A stretch of 64,000 nucleotides of DNA from a virus, in IMG/VR virus record IMGVR_UViG_3300021964_007043; one strand, written 5' to 3'. This document shows positions 36,392 through 46,614 of this stretch, piece after piece. Within the stretch, counting starts at the first letter, position 1. Every line of letters begins with the position of its first letter. The notes under the pieces were generated by a model. The model was not told where the DNA came from. It did no database searches and saw only the letters and a program-made list of their open reading frames with translations. Position numbers and translations under genes: made by a program.

Positions 36392-37369
36392 TTACTTGCC
36401 TACAATAGACTTTTTATTGTCAGCAGTCTCTGGCTTGCCCTTTTTCTCAGCGCCGTGGCCAGGTTCGGTTTTGCCAGCTTTCGCTGCTTTACCACCAGGA
36501 ACGTTAATGTTCTTGGTATTCATATCCTTAGCGTTCTGATCACTTAGTGCAGAACCTTTAAGGTTACCTTTGTTAGCTTCTACGCCTGCTTCTGTACCCG
36601 CTTTTGCGATGTTAGCAGTTGTTCCGCCCATGTCATTTTTACCAGCTACTATTGACTTAGCGTTTGCGCCGTTGTCGCCCATTGTTGCTGATACTTTATC
36701 TACATACTCACGCATTTGATCACGTGCGCTTTTTGGTTCGTTTGATGCTTCTTCAACTTCGTCATCTGACTCGTCAACTTCTTCATCTGCTGCTTCGTCA
36801 ACTTCTTCGTCGTCTGATTCAAATGCATATGCTTCTTCTTCTGGTGCTACGTCTGTTTCTAGATCATCAGCAGCATCGCCACCCATGTCATCATCGCCTT
36901 CGTCGTCACCTTCGTCGCCAGCCATCATTTTTTCAAATTCTGCTTTTAGATCTTCTAGCGCATCTTCTAGGTCTTCAACACGATCTTCAACATCGCCTTC
37001 GTCGCCTTCTTCGTCGCCTTCTTCACCTTCGTCTTCGTCATCGCCGCCCATGTCCATGTCCATGTCCATTGGGTCTGCTTCAACTTCAAACTCATCTAGA
37101 TCAAAGCCTTCGTCAACTTCTTCGTCTTCGTCGTCGTCTTCGTCTGCTGTTTCGTCTAGGTCTTCGTCTGACTCATCTACTTCTTCGTCAGCTGCTTCTT
37201 CTACATCTTCATCAGATGCTTCTTCAACGTCTGTTTCGTCTTCTAGTAGTGATTCGTAAATATCTCTTGATTTTTCTACCACAATCTCGTGGAATAGCTC
37301 TTCTGCGCCATCCTTATCTTCATTGATAAGACGCTCAAGCATTTCTTCAAATTTGTTGCGATCTGCCAT
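36392..37369 (-). CDS. Highly acidic prohead core protein (gp67/68-like role)
   Basis: D/E-rich, with a duplicated EAADEEVDESD motif; positioned between portal and protease. Confidence 0.65.
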   Translation of the reverse strand: MADRNKFEEMLERLINEDKDGAEELFHEIVVEKSRDIYESLLEDETDVEEASDEDVEEAADEEVDESDEDLDETADEDDDEDEEVDEGFDLDEFEVEADPMDMDMDMGGDDEDEGEEGDEEGDEGDVEDRVEDLEDALEDLKAEFEKMMAGDEGDDEGDDDMGGDAADDLETDVAPEEEAYAFESDDEEVDEAADEEVDESDDEVEEASNEPKSARDQMREYVDKVSATMGDNGANAKSIVAGKNDMGGTTANIAKAGTEAGVEANKGNLKGSALSDQNAKDMNTKNINVPGGKAAKAGKTEPGHGAEKKGKPETADNKKSIVGK

Positions 37370-37489
37370 TTTTCAACTCCTATAAATGTTTGTACGCCTA
37401 CAAGGCGTGGGCTGTCATATATTATTTAACAAAAACTACGTATATATAGAGGAAATAGGCTCAAAACGAGCCGTTTTATATGCAGATTA

Positions 37490-38245
37490 TTAAATATTAA
37501 AGATTTTCTTAAAATCTTCAATACTTATATGCTCTAAGTTAGGTATTTTTTCAAACTCTTTAGGGATATAGTTTGGCTCCCCCAACACTCTTATATATCT
37601 CTTTTTACTAAATTTCTGGCAAGTTATACAAGTTTGTTTGAGCCAGTTACCGTGATAAGTTGCGCCATCATGTGGTTTTTTATAGTTAAAGGTTCCTGCA
37701 TATAAGTTATTAACTTTTGTATTGTTTTCTAAGCCTACATAATCAAAACCTAAAATATAGATTTCATTATTTTTATGTTCACTTGCTAAGTGTAAAGCTG
37801 TCGGGCCACTACTCCATCCTTTACTTGGACTAAAATAACTAAACCCTGTAAACTTAGTAAATGCTTTGTTAGGATTTGTCCATACTTCGTGATTTTTTTG
37901 ATAACCAGCTTTGTTTATTTCGATTATCATTTTAGTATCCACAGCAACTAGATAATCAGGTTCAAACTCCCTGTACATAGCATTGCAACCATATATTGTT
38001 CCGTAACTTTGTAAATGTTCTAAAGGAATACTAGCCCTACTATATCCATTTCCTATAACAAATGCAACTCCATTCTTTGGTCTAGGTTTACTAGTTGTAG
38101 GTATGGATTTTTTTGAAGATATGTGTTGAGCAGACTTTTCTTGAAGATCTTTTATTCTACGATCATTTGCTTTTTTCGCACGGCGCTCTTCGCGTATTTG
38201 CCGCCATTCTTCTTTTGTGTATTGAGACTTATCTACTTTTGCCAA
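37490..38245 (-). CDS. Maf/GT42-like (DUF115-type) nucleotide-sugar transferase fold protein
   Basis: AFVIGNGYS...YGCNAMY...YLVAVD...SSGPTAL...IYILGFDY resembles the GNGPS/CN/GFD signature of Maf and CstII-type enzymes; TTG start. Confidence 0.55.
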   Translation of the reverse strand: MAKVDKSQYTKEEWRQIREERRAKKANDRRIKDLQEKSAQHISSKKSIPTTSKPRPKNGVAFVIGNGYSRASIPLEHLQSYGTIYGCNAMYREFEPDYLVAVDTKMIIEINKAGYQKNHEVWTNPNKAFTKFTGFSYFSPSKGWSSGPTALHLASEHKNNEIYILGFDYVGLENNTKVNNLYAGTFNYKKPHDGATYHGNWLKQTCITCQKFSKKRYIRVLGEPNYIPKEFEKIPNLEHISIEDFKKIFNI

Positions 38246-38248
38246 CTA

Positions 38249-38497
38249 TTACACTCCGCCAGCCTCTGCATTCGCAGCAATGCCGTACATCTGCTTAACG
38301 AACTCAAGATCTCTCTTGCTTTCTTCGTTATGTAGTTCACTTGCTTTACGTATGCGATTAATCTGACGTAGTGTTAGTTTTGTTTTACGAGTATCACTTT
38401 TCTTTACAATAGAGTCATCTGAATCAGCCTCGTAGCGTTTATCGTCTACAGGATCAATAGTTTCTCTATCAAAGTAAAAAAGTTCTCTTAGTATCAT
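38249..38497 (-). CDS. Hypothetical head-module protein, 82 aa
   Basis: ORF preceded by TATAAATA with a 5-nt gap to the ATG. Confidence 0.75.
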   Translation of the reverse strand: MILRELFYFDRETIDPVDDKRYEADSDDSIVKKSDTRKTKLTLRQINRIRKASELHNEESKRDLEFVKQMYGIAANAEAGGV

Positions 38498-38505
38498 GTT
38501 AGTAT

Positions 38506-40263
38506 TTATACAGTTTGGTCCGTTGCAGGTGCTGCTGCTGCGCCACCTACTGGTTGATCAGTTGCACTTTCAGGTCCTGCGCCTGCGCCTGCATCTACAG
38601 GTGCTTCGCCTCCTTCAGCTTCGTCTTCGATTCCTCCTAGGTCAGTTCCTAGTGCAGCACTAGATACGCCTCCGCCTCTTAGTTCTGCTGCGGCATCTCC
38701 AGGGATTGGATCTAAGTTCTCGTCATTTTCTTCACGCCACATACGTTCGTTTTCTGCAAGTTCCTCTTCTGTTAGTCCTAAGAAACGCTTTAGTGCAAAG
38801 CGATTTGAAATATAAGGTATTGCTGCCATTTGTGTATAAGTTGGTACACGAGCATTATCAATCTCTGATTGACGGTATGCAGCAAAGTTTTGTGGTGGTT
38901 GAAACTTAAGATCAAACATTGCTGTATCAATGTTGATTCCTTTTTCTAGTAAGTAGCGTTTAAACTCTTGGCTAAACTCTTCTACAACTAGATTTTGTAG
39001 TCTCTCACAATAAGTGTTAAATCTTAACTCTTGGATGTAAGCAGTTCCGACTCTTCCGTCATTGTACTGGCTAGCACTGTCGTCAGCGCCGGTAGGTAGG
39101 TAACTGCTAGGAATTCGTAAACCACGTACGAGCTTATTAGTAAAATATCTAAGATCATCAATCTCTCCAAGATTAGTTCCTCCTGGTAATGTTTCAACCT
39201 TTGATCCGCGACCTTCTGCAGTCTGCGGGAAGAAGTAATCTTCGTTGATTGACAGCGGATTGTATGAACTGTCTATGACATTAGTGCCTCCGCCTGTTGA
39301 CGATGGGATCCTTCTTTGATGGATTTCTGTCTTAACACGTTCTACAAACTGCATCGCTAAGTGCGATGGCATGTTACCCACATCAACGTAGAATACTCTG
39401 CGCTCTGGCGCACGTTGGACACGATAAATGATTATCGCATCTTCAAGCAGTTCTTTCTGCTTATAAACTTTAAAGATAGTTTCTAATAGACTGTTGCCAA
39501 ATGGATAGTTGTTGTCTAATCCTTCTGATAAACTTAGATGAACTACGTGTTGTGCATCAATAGTTACTTCGTTATCATCTGTGCTAAATCTTGTACCACT
39601 TGAACTTGCTTGTGGCTGTCCTACCATTCCTCTAGCATTACCTTGAGGCATATAATCTGTGCCATAACCTCTACCACCTGGGCCACTACCTGTAGTGTAC
39701 GGTGTAGTTGCTACCATTTCTTTGAAGTTAAGATTTATATTCTTAACAACATATTGTTCTGGTGTTTTGCCTTCTGATTCGTTTACAATAATACGTGTTA
39801 CGTTTGCAGGATCAATATGAAACCATTTCTTAGTTTCAGGATCTCTTACAAAAAACTGATCGCCATATTTAAATGAATTTCTTAGTATACGGAATATTCT
39901 TGTTTCAAACTTTTGTAACTTACACCATTGTTGTAAGTACTGTTGAATAATTTGTACTTCTGAGTTTGTTGCTTGCTGTTTAAAATCAATAAGAAATGGT
40001 GTTTCGTTTCTTTTATTTTTTTGTGTGCAAAACTCTGCAAGAATATCTAGTGCAGCATTTACTTCTGAATCCATATCCATAGTATTATACTGGCCGTAGC
40101 GTTCAATACGATTTGGTGTTCCTGTATATACATCTGGTAAGAAAGATGAATAGTTGCTTTTAGCAGGACCAGCTAAACCTCCACGATTACTTCCAAGAGG
40201 ACTATATGATCCGTCTATGTTATCTCCTGTTGGCACAGGTGTAAAATATTTTTTCCAACTCAT
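38506..40263 (-). CDS. gp20: Portal vertex protein (gp20-like)
   Basis: LEDAIIIYRVQRAPERRVFYVDVGNMP, EDYFFP, GRGSKVETLPGG and LRIPSSYL gp20 motifs. Confidence 0.95.
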   Translation of the reverse strand: MSWKKYFTPVPTGDNIDGSYSPLGSNRGGLAGPAKSNYSSFLPDVYTGTPNRIERYGQYNTMDMDSEVNAALDILAEFCTQKNKRNETPFLIDFKQQATNSEVQIIQQYLQQWCKLQKFETRIFRILRNSFKYGDQFFVRDPETKKWFHIDPANVTRIIVNESEGKTPEQYVVKNINLNFKEMVATTPYTTGSGPGGRGYGTDYMPQGNARGMVGQPQASSSGTRFSTDDNEVTIDAQHVVHLSLSEGLDNNYPFGNSLLETIFKVYKQKELLEDAIIIYRVQRAPERRVFYVDVGNMPSHLAMQFVERVKTEIHQRRIPSSTGGGTNVIDSSYNPLSINEDYFFPQTAEGRGSKVETLPGGTNLGEIDDLRYFTNKLVRGLRIPSSYLPTGADDSASQYNDGRVGTAYIQELRFNTYCERLQNLVVEEFSQEFKRYLLEKGINIDTAMFDLKFQPPQNFAAYRQSEIDNARVPTYTQMAAIPYISNRFALKRFLGLTEEELAENERMWREENDENLDPIPGDAAAELRGGGVSSAALGTDLGGIEDEAEGGEAPVDAGAGAGPESATDQPVGGAAAAPATDQTV

Positions 40264-40273
40264 GTTCTTTCCA

Positions 40274-43207
40274 TCATGTTCTACTTACATAGCCGCCCGC
40301 TAAGTTGCCACTTGTGATTGCTTGTGTATTCTTTTCTACTTTTGTATTGATGTCCTTTACTTCGCCTAGTATTTGTAACATTGCTTGCATAGTACTATTT
40401 AACGATTCTATGCCAGCTGCACTACCACTACTGGACGTACTGATGCCATTTAATAGTTCACCTGCATCTGCTCTACTAGTCATTAGCGTATCGTTGTCTT
40501 GTTTTAATTCGTCATTTAATCTATCAAGAGCTTCTGTTAATCCTTCAATAGCTTCAGTATACTCAATAATGGGAGTTTTGTCAAGATCTACTTCTGTAAA
40601 TCCAGACAATGCTCCTGCCATTGTGCGTATAGCATTAGCATTTGTAGTTATTTGTTCAGTGTTAAGTTGCATTTCACCAAACTCTTTAACCTGTTCAAGA
40701 GGAGTATCAGCGCCAAAGAAACTTGCAATAGCATTACCTATTGCACCTATAGCATTTCCTGCGCCGCTTGCGGCTGCTCCGCCTCCTGCTACAGCCATTG
40801 CAGAACTAAATGCTGCCATTGCTTCTGCGTTTTGTTTTACTTTTGCTGTGTCAATATCATAACTTGCAAACTTAACCATATCTTCAAAGATATCGTCTGT
40901 AGTGTCGCCACCAAATAGTGCTCCAATACCGCCTGCGATGCCACTTACTAAACTACCTAATCCTTCAGCAGCACTTGCTCCTCCTGCTGCTGCCATTGCT
41001 GTACTAAATGCAACCATTGCTTCAGCATTTGTTTTTACTTTATCTGCATCAATATCTGCATCTGCAAAACGTTTTACTTTGTCTAAAGGATCTTCAGCAC
41101 CAAATAGTTTTCCTATTCCTTCAGTAATGCCACCTACTAGTGCGCCTAGTCCTGCAACTGCTGAACCTGCGCCAAATGCTACCATAGCACCACTTACTGC
41201 TAACATACCTACGGCTGCTGATTTTAGTTTGTCTCCGTCTATAGTTTCAAAACTTTTAATACCTTCAACAAGTGTTGGAAGTGCTTTACCTAGCAACCAA
41301 CTTGCGCCTGCAATAGCACCACCAATAACAAGTATTACACCTGCTACTACTGCTGCACCAATAGCAACTTGTGGATTAGCAAATGCTTTTAGTCCGCCTG
41401 CGATGCCTTTTAGTATGCCGCCACCTAGGTTTCCTAGTCCTTTACCAATGCCGCCGCCTGCTGCTGCTGCATTTTTTCCAAGAGCTGCGCCTGCTCTAGG
41501 AGCAGCTCTTCTAGTATTACCTCCTGCAACAGGTGCTTCACCACCTCCGAATATACTTGCAAGTTTATTTTCAATACCACGACTTGCTGCACCTGCTACA
41601 CTGCTTACAACTGCTTTTGCAGCTAACAATCCACCAATTCCTGCAACTAGTGCAGCAATAACACCTTTGTTTTCCCAAAGTCCGCCTAGTCCGTTTGTTA
41701 TAGCTGTAGTGATTGCATCAAACCATTTACCTTCTTTAAACAAGTTGACAACTTCAGTTAATCCTTCTCCAAAGCCTTGCAGTAGATCAGCAAATGCCGT
41801 TAATCCTATCTGTATAGCATCTAGCACACCACTTTCTAGTAGTGCCTTGGCTAGTGCTCCTCTGATCTCTTTCATTCTATCATCAAAGGTTGTCATTGTT
41901 TGTGTTAGTTCGTCAGTTTGTTTTTGTTGCGCTTGCATTTCTGTTAGATTTCTGCTTCCAACATCTAATAGTTTTGTTGCATCATCTAAGAAATCAGCCA
42001 TAGGATCGCCTGCTGCTCTCATCTGTTGGATTATTCTTGCTCTGGCAGTTGCATCTGCTCCTGCAAAGTTTTCAAGTGCTCCACCTGCGTTTTTAAATGC
42101 ATCTAACATAACCTGTGGATCAGCACCCTGTCCTATTTGTTTCATTGCATCTAAAACAGCAGGTCCTGACTGTCCTAGAATACCTAAAAGTTTACCTGCT
42201 TCTTCTGTTGGATTGCCAGTTAACATACCTTTAAGTGCTTCAGCAGTTGACCCGCCTATTTCATCTAGTAATCCCATACTTAATTGCAAGTTATTAAACT
42301 GTTCTGATCCTTCTTCAAACTGATTTAAAAGTGTACGTACAACACTGTCTTGTGCTTGTGCTGCAAGTGCCTTTTCAGCTTCTTCTCTTGTTTTTCCTGT
42401 AACTTTTGCTAGTCTGTCAATCTGCATCATATAGTTTGCACTACTTACTGCAAGATCTTTTGTGCTTCTGCCTTGTAATCTACCCATTCTAGCTTGTAAA
42501 CTAATATAGTCACCCATACCTTCGTTTACTTCTTCAATAGTAAATCCCATATTTTTTAACTGTGAAAAGTCGCCAGTAGCTTTAAGATTCTTGTTCATTG
42601 CAGCAAATCTGTTTACACCTTGCTGCACTGTTCCGCCTAATGATGCAAGTGCTTGTGAATTACTAGAAACAAAACTAGCCATTTCACCTAGATTAAGTTC
42701 TAAGTCTGCTGCTGTTCCTAGCATTTGTTCAATGCTGTTGCCAAAACTTGCACCAGTAGAACTTAAACTTCTAAATGTTCCTACTGAGTCATCTAAAAAT
42801 CCTGTAAGTGATCCTAAGTATCCACCAACTAGCGGAATATGTTTTGCAAAGTCGCTTATATTATCGCCGCCGCGTAAAAACTCGTTTGATAATCCTACGA
42901 TACTTCCGACTGTTTGACCTAATGCAGTTTTAAATGCACCAAGTGCTATAGTTCCAAGTTTGATATTTGCAGTGTTGTCGCTAACCGCTGCGGTGTTAAT
43001 TTTTGTACCATCAGTGTTTGCTTTAGTAGCATTAGTACCTTTAGTAAGTGTTTGATTGTATAGAGCTTGTACTTTTGAACCTTGGCCGCCGCCTTTGCCT
43101 TGCTCTCTTGCTAGTTTTTCAACAGCCGCAACGAGTTTCGCAAGCGTTTCTTCACTTGCAACGGTTCCGCCATTGCCAACGTTACTGATTTCGACTTCTT
43201 CTGCCAC
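40274..43207 (-). CDS. Probable tape measure protein
   Basis: 977-aa Ala/Gly-rich helical protein with hydrophobic segments and three ~60-aa internal repeats (NAEAMxAFSxAM); next to the chaperone pair. Confidence 0.7.
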   Translation of the reverse strand: MAEEVEISNVGNGGTVASEETLAKLVAAVEKLAREQGKGGGQGSKVQALYNQTLTKGTNATKANTDGTKINTAAVSDNTANIKLGTIALGAFKTALGQTVGSIVGLSNEFLRGGDNISDFAKHIPLVGGYLGSLTGFLDDSVGTFRSLSSTGASFGNSIEQMLGTAADLELNLGEMASFVSSNSQALASLGGTVQQGVNRFAAMNKNLKATGDFSQLKNMGFTIEEVNEGMGDYISLQARMGRLQGRSTKDLAVSSANYMMQIDRLAKVTGKTREEAEKALAAQAQDSVVRTLLNQFEEGSEQFNNLQLSMGLLDEIGGSTAEALKGMLTGNPTEEAGKLLGILGQSGPAVLDAMKQIGQGADPQVMLDAFKNAGGALENFAGADATARARIIQQMRAAGDPMADFLDDATKLLDVGSRNLTEMQAQQKQTDELTQTMTTFDDRMKEIRGALAKALLESGVLDAIQIGLTAFADLLQGFGEGLTEVVNLFKEGKWFDAITTAITNGLGGLWENKGVIAALVAGIGGLLAAKAVVSSVAGAASRGIENKLASIFGGGEAPVAGGNTRRAAPRAGAALGKNAAAAGGGIGKGLGNLGGGILKGIAGGLKAFANPQVAIGAAVVAGVILVIGGAIAGASWLLGKALPTLVEGIKSFETIDGDKLKSAAVGMLAVSGAMVAFGAGSAVAGLGALVGGITEGIGKLFGAEDPLDKVKRFADADIDADKVKTNAEAMVAFSTAMAAAGGASAAEGLGSLVSGIAGGIGALFGGDTTDDIFEDMVKFASYDIDTAKVKQNAEAMAAFSSAMAVAGGGAAASGAGNAIGAIGNAIASFFGADTPLEQVKEFGEMQLNTEQITTNANAIRTMAGALSGFTEVDLDKTPIIEYTEAIEGLTEALDRLNDELKQDNDTLMTSRADAGELLNGISTSSSGSAAGIESLNSTMQAMLQILGEVKDINTKVEKNTQAITSGNLAGGYVSRT

Positions 43208-43283
43208 TTATAAAAATCCAAGTTAAGTACGTACATAAATAATATGATACATACTATTATAATGTATTTATACGGAGACAAAG

Positions 43284-44165
43284 ATGGCAGAATTTAACCC
43301 AGAACAGTTTTCAGGAAACTTTGAGCAAAACCCTCTAAGAAAGTACTTTAGACAGCCAAAGATACATATTCCTTTGCCAAGCAAAGGACAATATTACCCT
43401 GAAGGTTCTATTGAAATGCCAGAAACAGGTGAAGTTCCAGTTTTTGCAATGACTGCAAAAGATGAACTTACTATGAAAACACCAGATGCACTATTAAATG
43501 GAGCAGCAACAGTTGACGTTATTAAAAGTTGTGTTCCTGCAATCAAAGATCCATGGAAGATGCCTACACTTGATCTTGATGCTCTTTTGATTGCAATAAG
43601 GATTGCTACCTATGGCGAAACAATGGAGATTTCAACTCCTATACCTGGTACAACTGAAAGTAGAAAGTTTGATGTTGATCTTAGAAAGATTTTAAACAAA
43701 CTTGTTTCGGCAACTTATATTGACACTGTAACAATGAATGAGTTAACAGTGTATACTAAACCTTTAACATATAGAGAGTTTACACAAACTAGTTTAAAAA
43801 CTTTTGAAGAGCAAAGAGTATTTGCTATCATTAACAATGACAACATGTCAGACGAAGAAAAAATTGACAAGTTTGGAGAAAGTTTTAAAAAACTTACAGA
43901 TCTTACTGTAAAAGTTCTTAACAAAAGTATTGCAAAGATTATTGTAGGCGACACCGAAGTAACTAATCAAAAACACATTGATGAGTTTATGGAAAACAGT
44001 GACAAAGAATTTTATAAGTTTATAATGGATCACCTTGAAGAACAAAGAAAAATGTTTGAGATAGAACCGTTAAAAGTTACTAGTACAGAAGAAGATCAAG
44101 CAAAAGGTGCTCCTGAAGAATGGGAAGTTCCCATTACATTTGATTCATCAAATTTTTTCGGATAA
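43284..44165 (+). CDS. Baseplate hub / tail assembly chaperone (T4 gp26-like)
   Basis: LPSKGQYY...MTAKDELTMK...DLDALLIAIRIATYGE...C-terminal FDSSNFF pattern of gp26-like proteins. Confidence 0.7.
   Translation: MAEFNPEQFSGNFEQNPLRKYFRQPKIHIPLPSKGQYYPEGSIEMPETGEVPVFAMTAKDELTMKTPDALLNGAATVDVIKSCVPAIKDPWKMPTLDLDALLIAIRIATYGETMEISTPIPGTTESRKFDVDLRKILNKLVSATYIDTVTMNELTVYTKPLTYREFTQTSLKTFEEQRVFAIINNDNMSDEEKIDKFGESFKKLTDLTVKVLNKSIAKIIVGDTEVTNQKHIDEFMENSDKEFYKFIMDHLEEQRKMFEIEPLKVTSTEEDQAKGAPEEWEVPITFDSSNFFG
44150..44159 (+). other. Putative programmed -1 ribosomal frameshift site
   Basis: Overlapping slippery heptamers A_AAT_TTT (44150-56) and T_TTT_TTC (44153-59) in frame 0, then hairpin GATAAG/CTTATC (44161-75); the -1 frame is open from 44144 into the next ORF. 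Confidence 0.65.
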
Positions 44166-44182
44166 GGATCTTATCTCTGAGC

Positions 44183-44389
44183 GTGGATGAGATCCTAGCA
44201 ATAGTTAAAGAATACGAAGGCGAACAGAAAGAGCTCAAAAATGAATGCTTTAAACTTACGTGGTTTATGCGAGGTGGAGTATCTGTTGACGAAGTGTTTA
44301 CTTTAAGCTATGAAGATAGAAGTATTATTTCCGAAATAATCAAAGAAAATCTAGATACAACTAAAAAAACTGGACAGCCTTTCTTTTAG
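44183..44389 (+). CDS. Small baseplate/tail assembly protein (gp51-like); probably also the -1 frame extension of 43284..44165
   Basis: LTWFMRGG...EDRSIISEIIKEN pattern; only a GTG start with a poorly spaced RBS. Confidence 0.6.
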   Translation: MDEILAIVKEYEGEQKELKNECFKLTWFMRGGVSVDEVFTLSYEDRSIISEIIKENLDTTKKTGQPFF

Positions 44390-46614
44390 GCTGTCGTTTT
44401 TGGCTTAGGTGCTACTGTTCCTGGCTTGGCAATACCTGCTTTAGGTTTATTTTGTGCTGCTGGTAATGCTTGAGTACCTTTTGCTCCTGCTTGTTTAGCA
44501 ACTTGAGCATCCTTAGTACCTGCTTTTACACCTTTACTGCTGATTTGATCTAGCACCATTGCCATTACATCTGGTCCTGCTGCTTTGACTGCATCACGTA
44601 CAGGGTCAATCTTAGGATGCGGTAGCCCCATATCTACAGTAGCTTGTACACCAACTGTGCGTCCTGTATCAAGATCAGTGTATAATGCACCTTCCCATCT
44701 GTACTGCTTTCCGTCTTTGCCTTTTACAACATCACCTTTTGCAACTGTTTTAGTTGCTTCAGGTTTGGCTGCGCCGCCACCTTGTGCTGCTGCGGCTTTT
44801 TTGATTGCAGCAATACCTTTTTTGTCATTAGGCTTAACGTTAGTTGGTTTGCCGTCTACACCTGCAATAACATCTTGACCGCTTGCACTTTTTACAACAC
44901 TTCCTGGTTCTGCTGGTGGTGCAGAGTCATCAGCGCCTGCTGCGTTTCCACCTTGTGCTGCTGAATCATCTGCGGGAGTATCTGTAGCAGTTGAAGCTGC
45001 TGGCTCGGCAGCTGGTGTTTCCGGATCACCTACGTTTTTCGCTACAAGTTCTACACCCTGCTCTTGGCCGACAGAGGAAATTTGTTCCGGAGTCATTCCC
45101 ATGCCTTGCAGAATATTTATTATCGAACCTGTGTCAGTTGGTTCGCCTGCTTTCTTCCAAGCACTCATCATTTTATTATAAGTTGCTTTGTTACCTAGTT
45201 CTTTACCTGCTGCTTTAGCACCTTTGGCAATAGCACCCCCGGCTGCTTTAGCACCTTGTGCAACTTTTCCTGCTGCACCTTTGATCATGTCACCAAAGCC
45301 TGCTTCTGCTAGATAGCGATCAAACTCTGATTGCATGTCAACAGATTCTCCTGCTGCTCTCATTATACCAGCTCGACCTTTTAGATCGCTCGGATCAACT
45401 GCTGTTGCTTTGCTGTCTACACCTGCAATCTTTTTATTGCCTGCTGCACTGTCTACAACATCTCCAGGCTTAACTTCGTCGCCGCCGACTTTAAATGCAC
45501 CCTTTTCGCCTTGCGACTGAATACTACCTTGTGCAACTGCTGCAATAGCCTGATTTGCCATTGTTAGGTTTTGTAAGAATGCATCATTCTGTGCTGCAAC
45601 GTTTTGTGCGATTTCATTTGCAAGATTCATATCTGCAATAAACTCTTTTGTATCAAATGATTTTGCAAAGGTCCACAGATCGTTAAATGCATCAATCGCA
45701 CCAGGGTCTGTTGTGCTTCCTGTTGCTGCTGTTGCATCTTTCATAGCATCTAGAAGTGATGTAAACTCTGCAACACGATCTTCAGGAACCACCATTGAAC
45801 CTAATTCTTTAACAGATTCAAATCCAGGCGATGTAAGTTCTTTTGTAAATCCTACTTCAAGTGTAGAAAGTCCTGGTGCTTTATCATATGGAACTGCGTC
45901 AAAGCGCAATCCTTCTAACCAATCACCAATACCTTGTAATGCCCAACCAGCAATAGCACCATAGGCAGCTGTCTTAACTGATTTACCAATAGCACTAGAA
46001 AGATCTTCACCTTTGAGTAACTCATTTGTTGAACGAAGTATTAAACCTGCTGCTGCACCGCCTGCTGGTCCGCCTGCAAAGGCTGCAATAGCTGTTAAGA
46101 TACCAACTGCAATACTTGCCTTGCCAGGATTTGCTTTTGCCCAGTCACTAACTTTAACAATACCTTGTACAATCTTATTGTCTGGTTTGTTTGCCATAAT
46201 ATCTGCTTTAAGATCATTAAACTTTTTGTCCATGTCCTTAACTGGTCCAGCTTCTTTAGCAGCTCTACCAAGTTCTTTAATTTTAGCATCAACTTTTTTA
46301 GCTAGTTCCGCAGTCATCTTAACGCCTGCAACAGCAGCGCCGCCTGCTTTAGCTGCTGCTGAACCTGCTTTACCTAGTGCATTTTGATTAGTGCCACTTG
46401 CCATTGCATTTGCTTCTGCACTTTTAAATATTGCTTGAATTTGATCTGCTGTTAGTTCTGCTTCTGCTAGTTTAACATATTGCTCTAGCAATGGAAATAG
46501 TTCACGTTCCCATCTTAACTGATACTTTTGTTGTGCTTCAGTAAGATCGTGCCAACCTTCTTTTAGTATTCTATGTGAACGATTTTCGTATAGTGTTACT
46601 TCTTGTAGTTTCAT
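44386..46614 (-). CDS. Ala/Gly-rich 742-aa protein, possible internal head/ejection protein
   Basis: Low-complexity flexible C-terminus; MKLQE N-terminus and LxE sites. Confidence 0.55.
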   Translation of the reverse strand: MKLQEVTLYENRSHRILKEGWHDLTEAQQKYQLRWERELFPLLEQYVKLAEAELTADQIQAIFKSAEANAMASGTNQNALGKAGSAAAKAGGAAVAGVKMTAELAKKVDAKIKELGRAAKEAGPVKDMDKKFNDLKADIMANKPDNKIVQGIVKVSDWAKANPGKASIAVGILTAIAAFAGGPAGGAAAGLILRSTNELLKGEDLSSAIGKSVKTAAYGAIAGWALQGIGDWLEGLRFDAVPYDKAPGLSTLEVGFTKELTSPGFESVKELGSMVVPEDRVAEFTSLLDAMKDATAATGSTTDPGAIDAFNDLWTFAKSFDTKEFIADMNLANEIAQNVAAQNDAFLQNLTMANQAIAAVAQGSIQSQGEKGAFKVGGDEVKPGDVVDSAAGNKKIAGVDSKATAVDPSDLKGRAGIMRAAGESVDMQSEFDRYLAEAGFGDMIKGAAGKVAQGAKAAGGAIAKGAKAAGKELGNKATYNKMMSAWKKAGEPTDTGSIINILQGMGMTPEQISSVGQEQGVELVAKNVGDPETPAAEPAASTATDTPADDSAAQGGNAAGADDSAPPAEPGSVVKSASGQDVIAGVDGKPTNVKPNDKKGIAAIKKAAAAQGGGAAKPEATKTVAKGDVVKGKDGKQYRWEGALYTDLDTGRTVGVQATVDMGLPHPKIDPVRDAVKAAGPDVMAMVLDQISSKGVKAGTKDAQVAKQAGAKGTQALPAAQNKPKAGIAKPGTVAPKPKTTA

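Noticed and set aside
36664-37326. 220-aa Arg/Leu/His and 124-aa poly-Ser plus-strand ORFs
   Set aside because: Antisense shadows of the Asp/Glu-rich core protein.
40902-42323. 473-aa plus-strand ORF antisense to the tape measure
   Set aside because: Shadow of Ala/Gly codons (GCN/GGN give few antisense stops); no RBS or late promoter; Pro/Ser/Ala low-complexity product.
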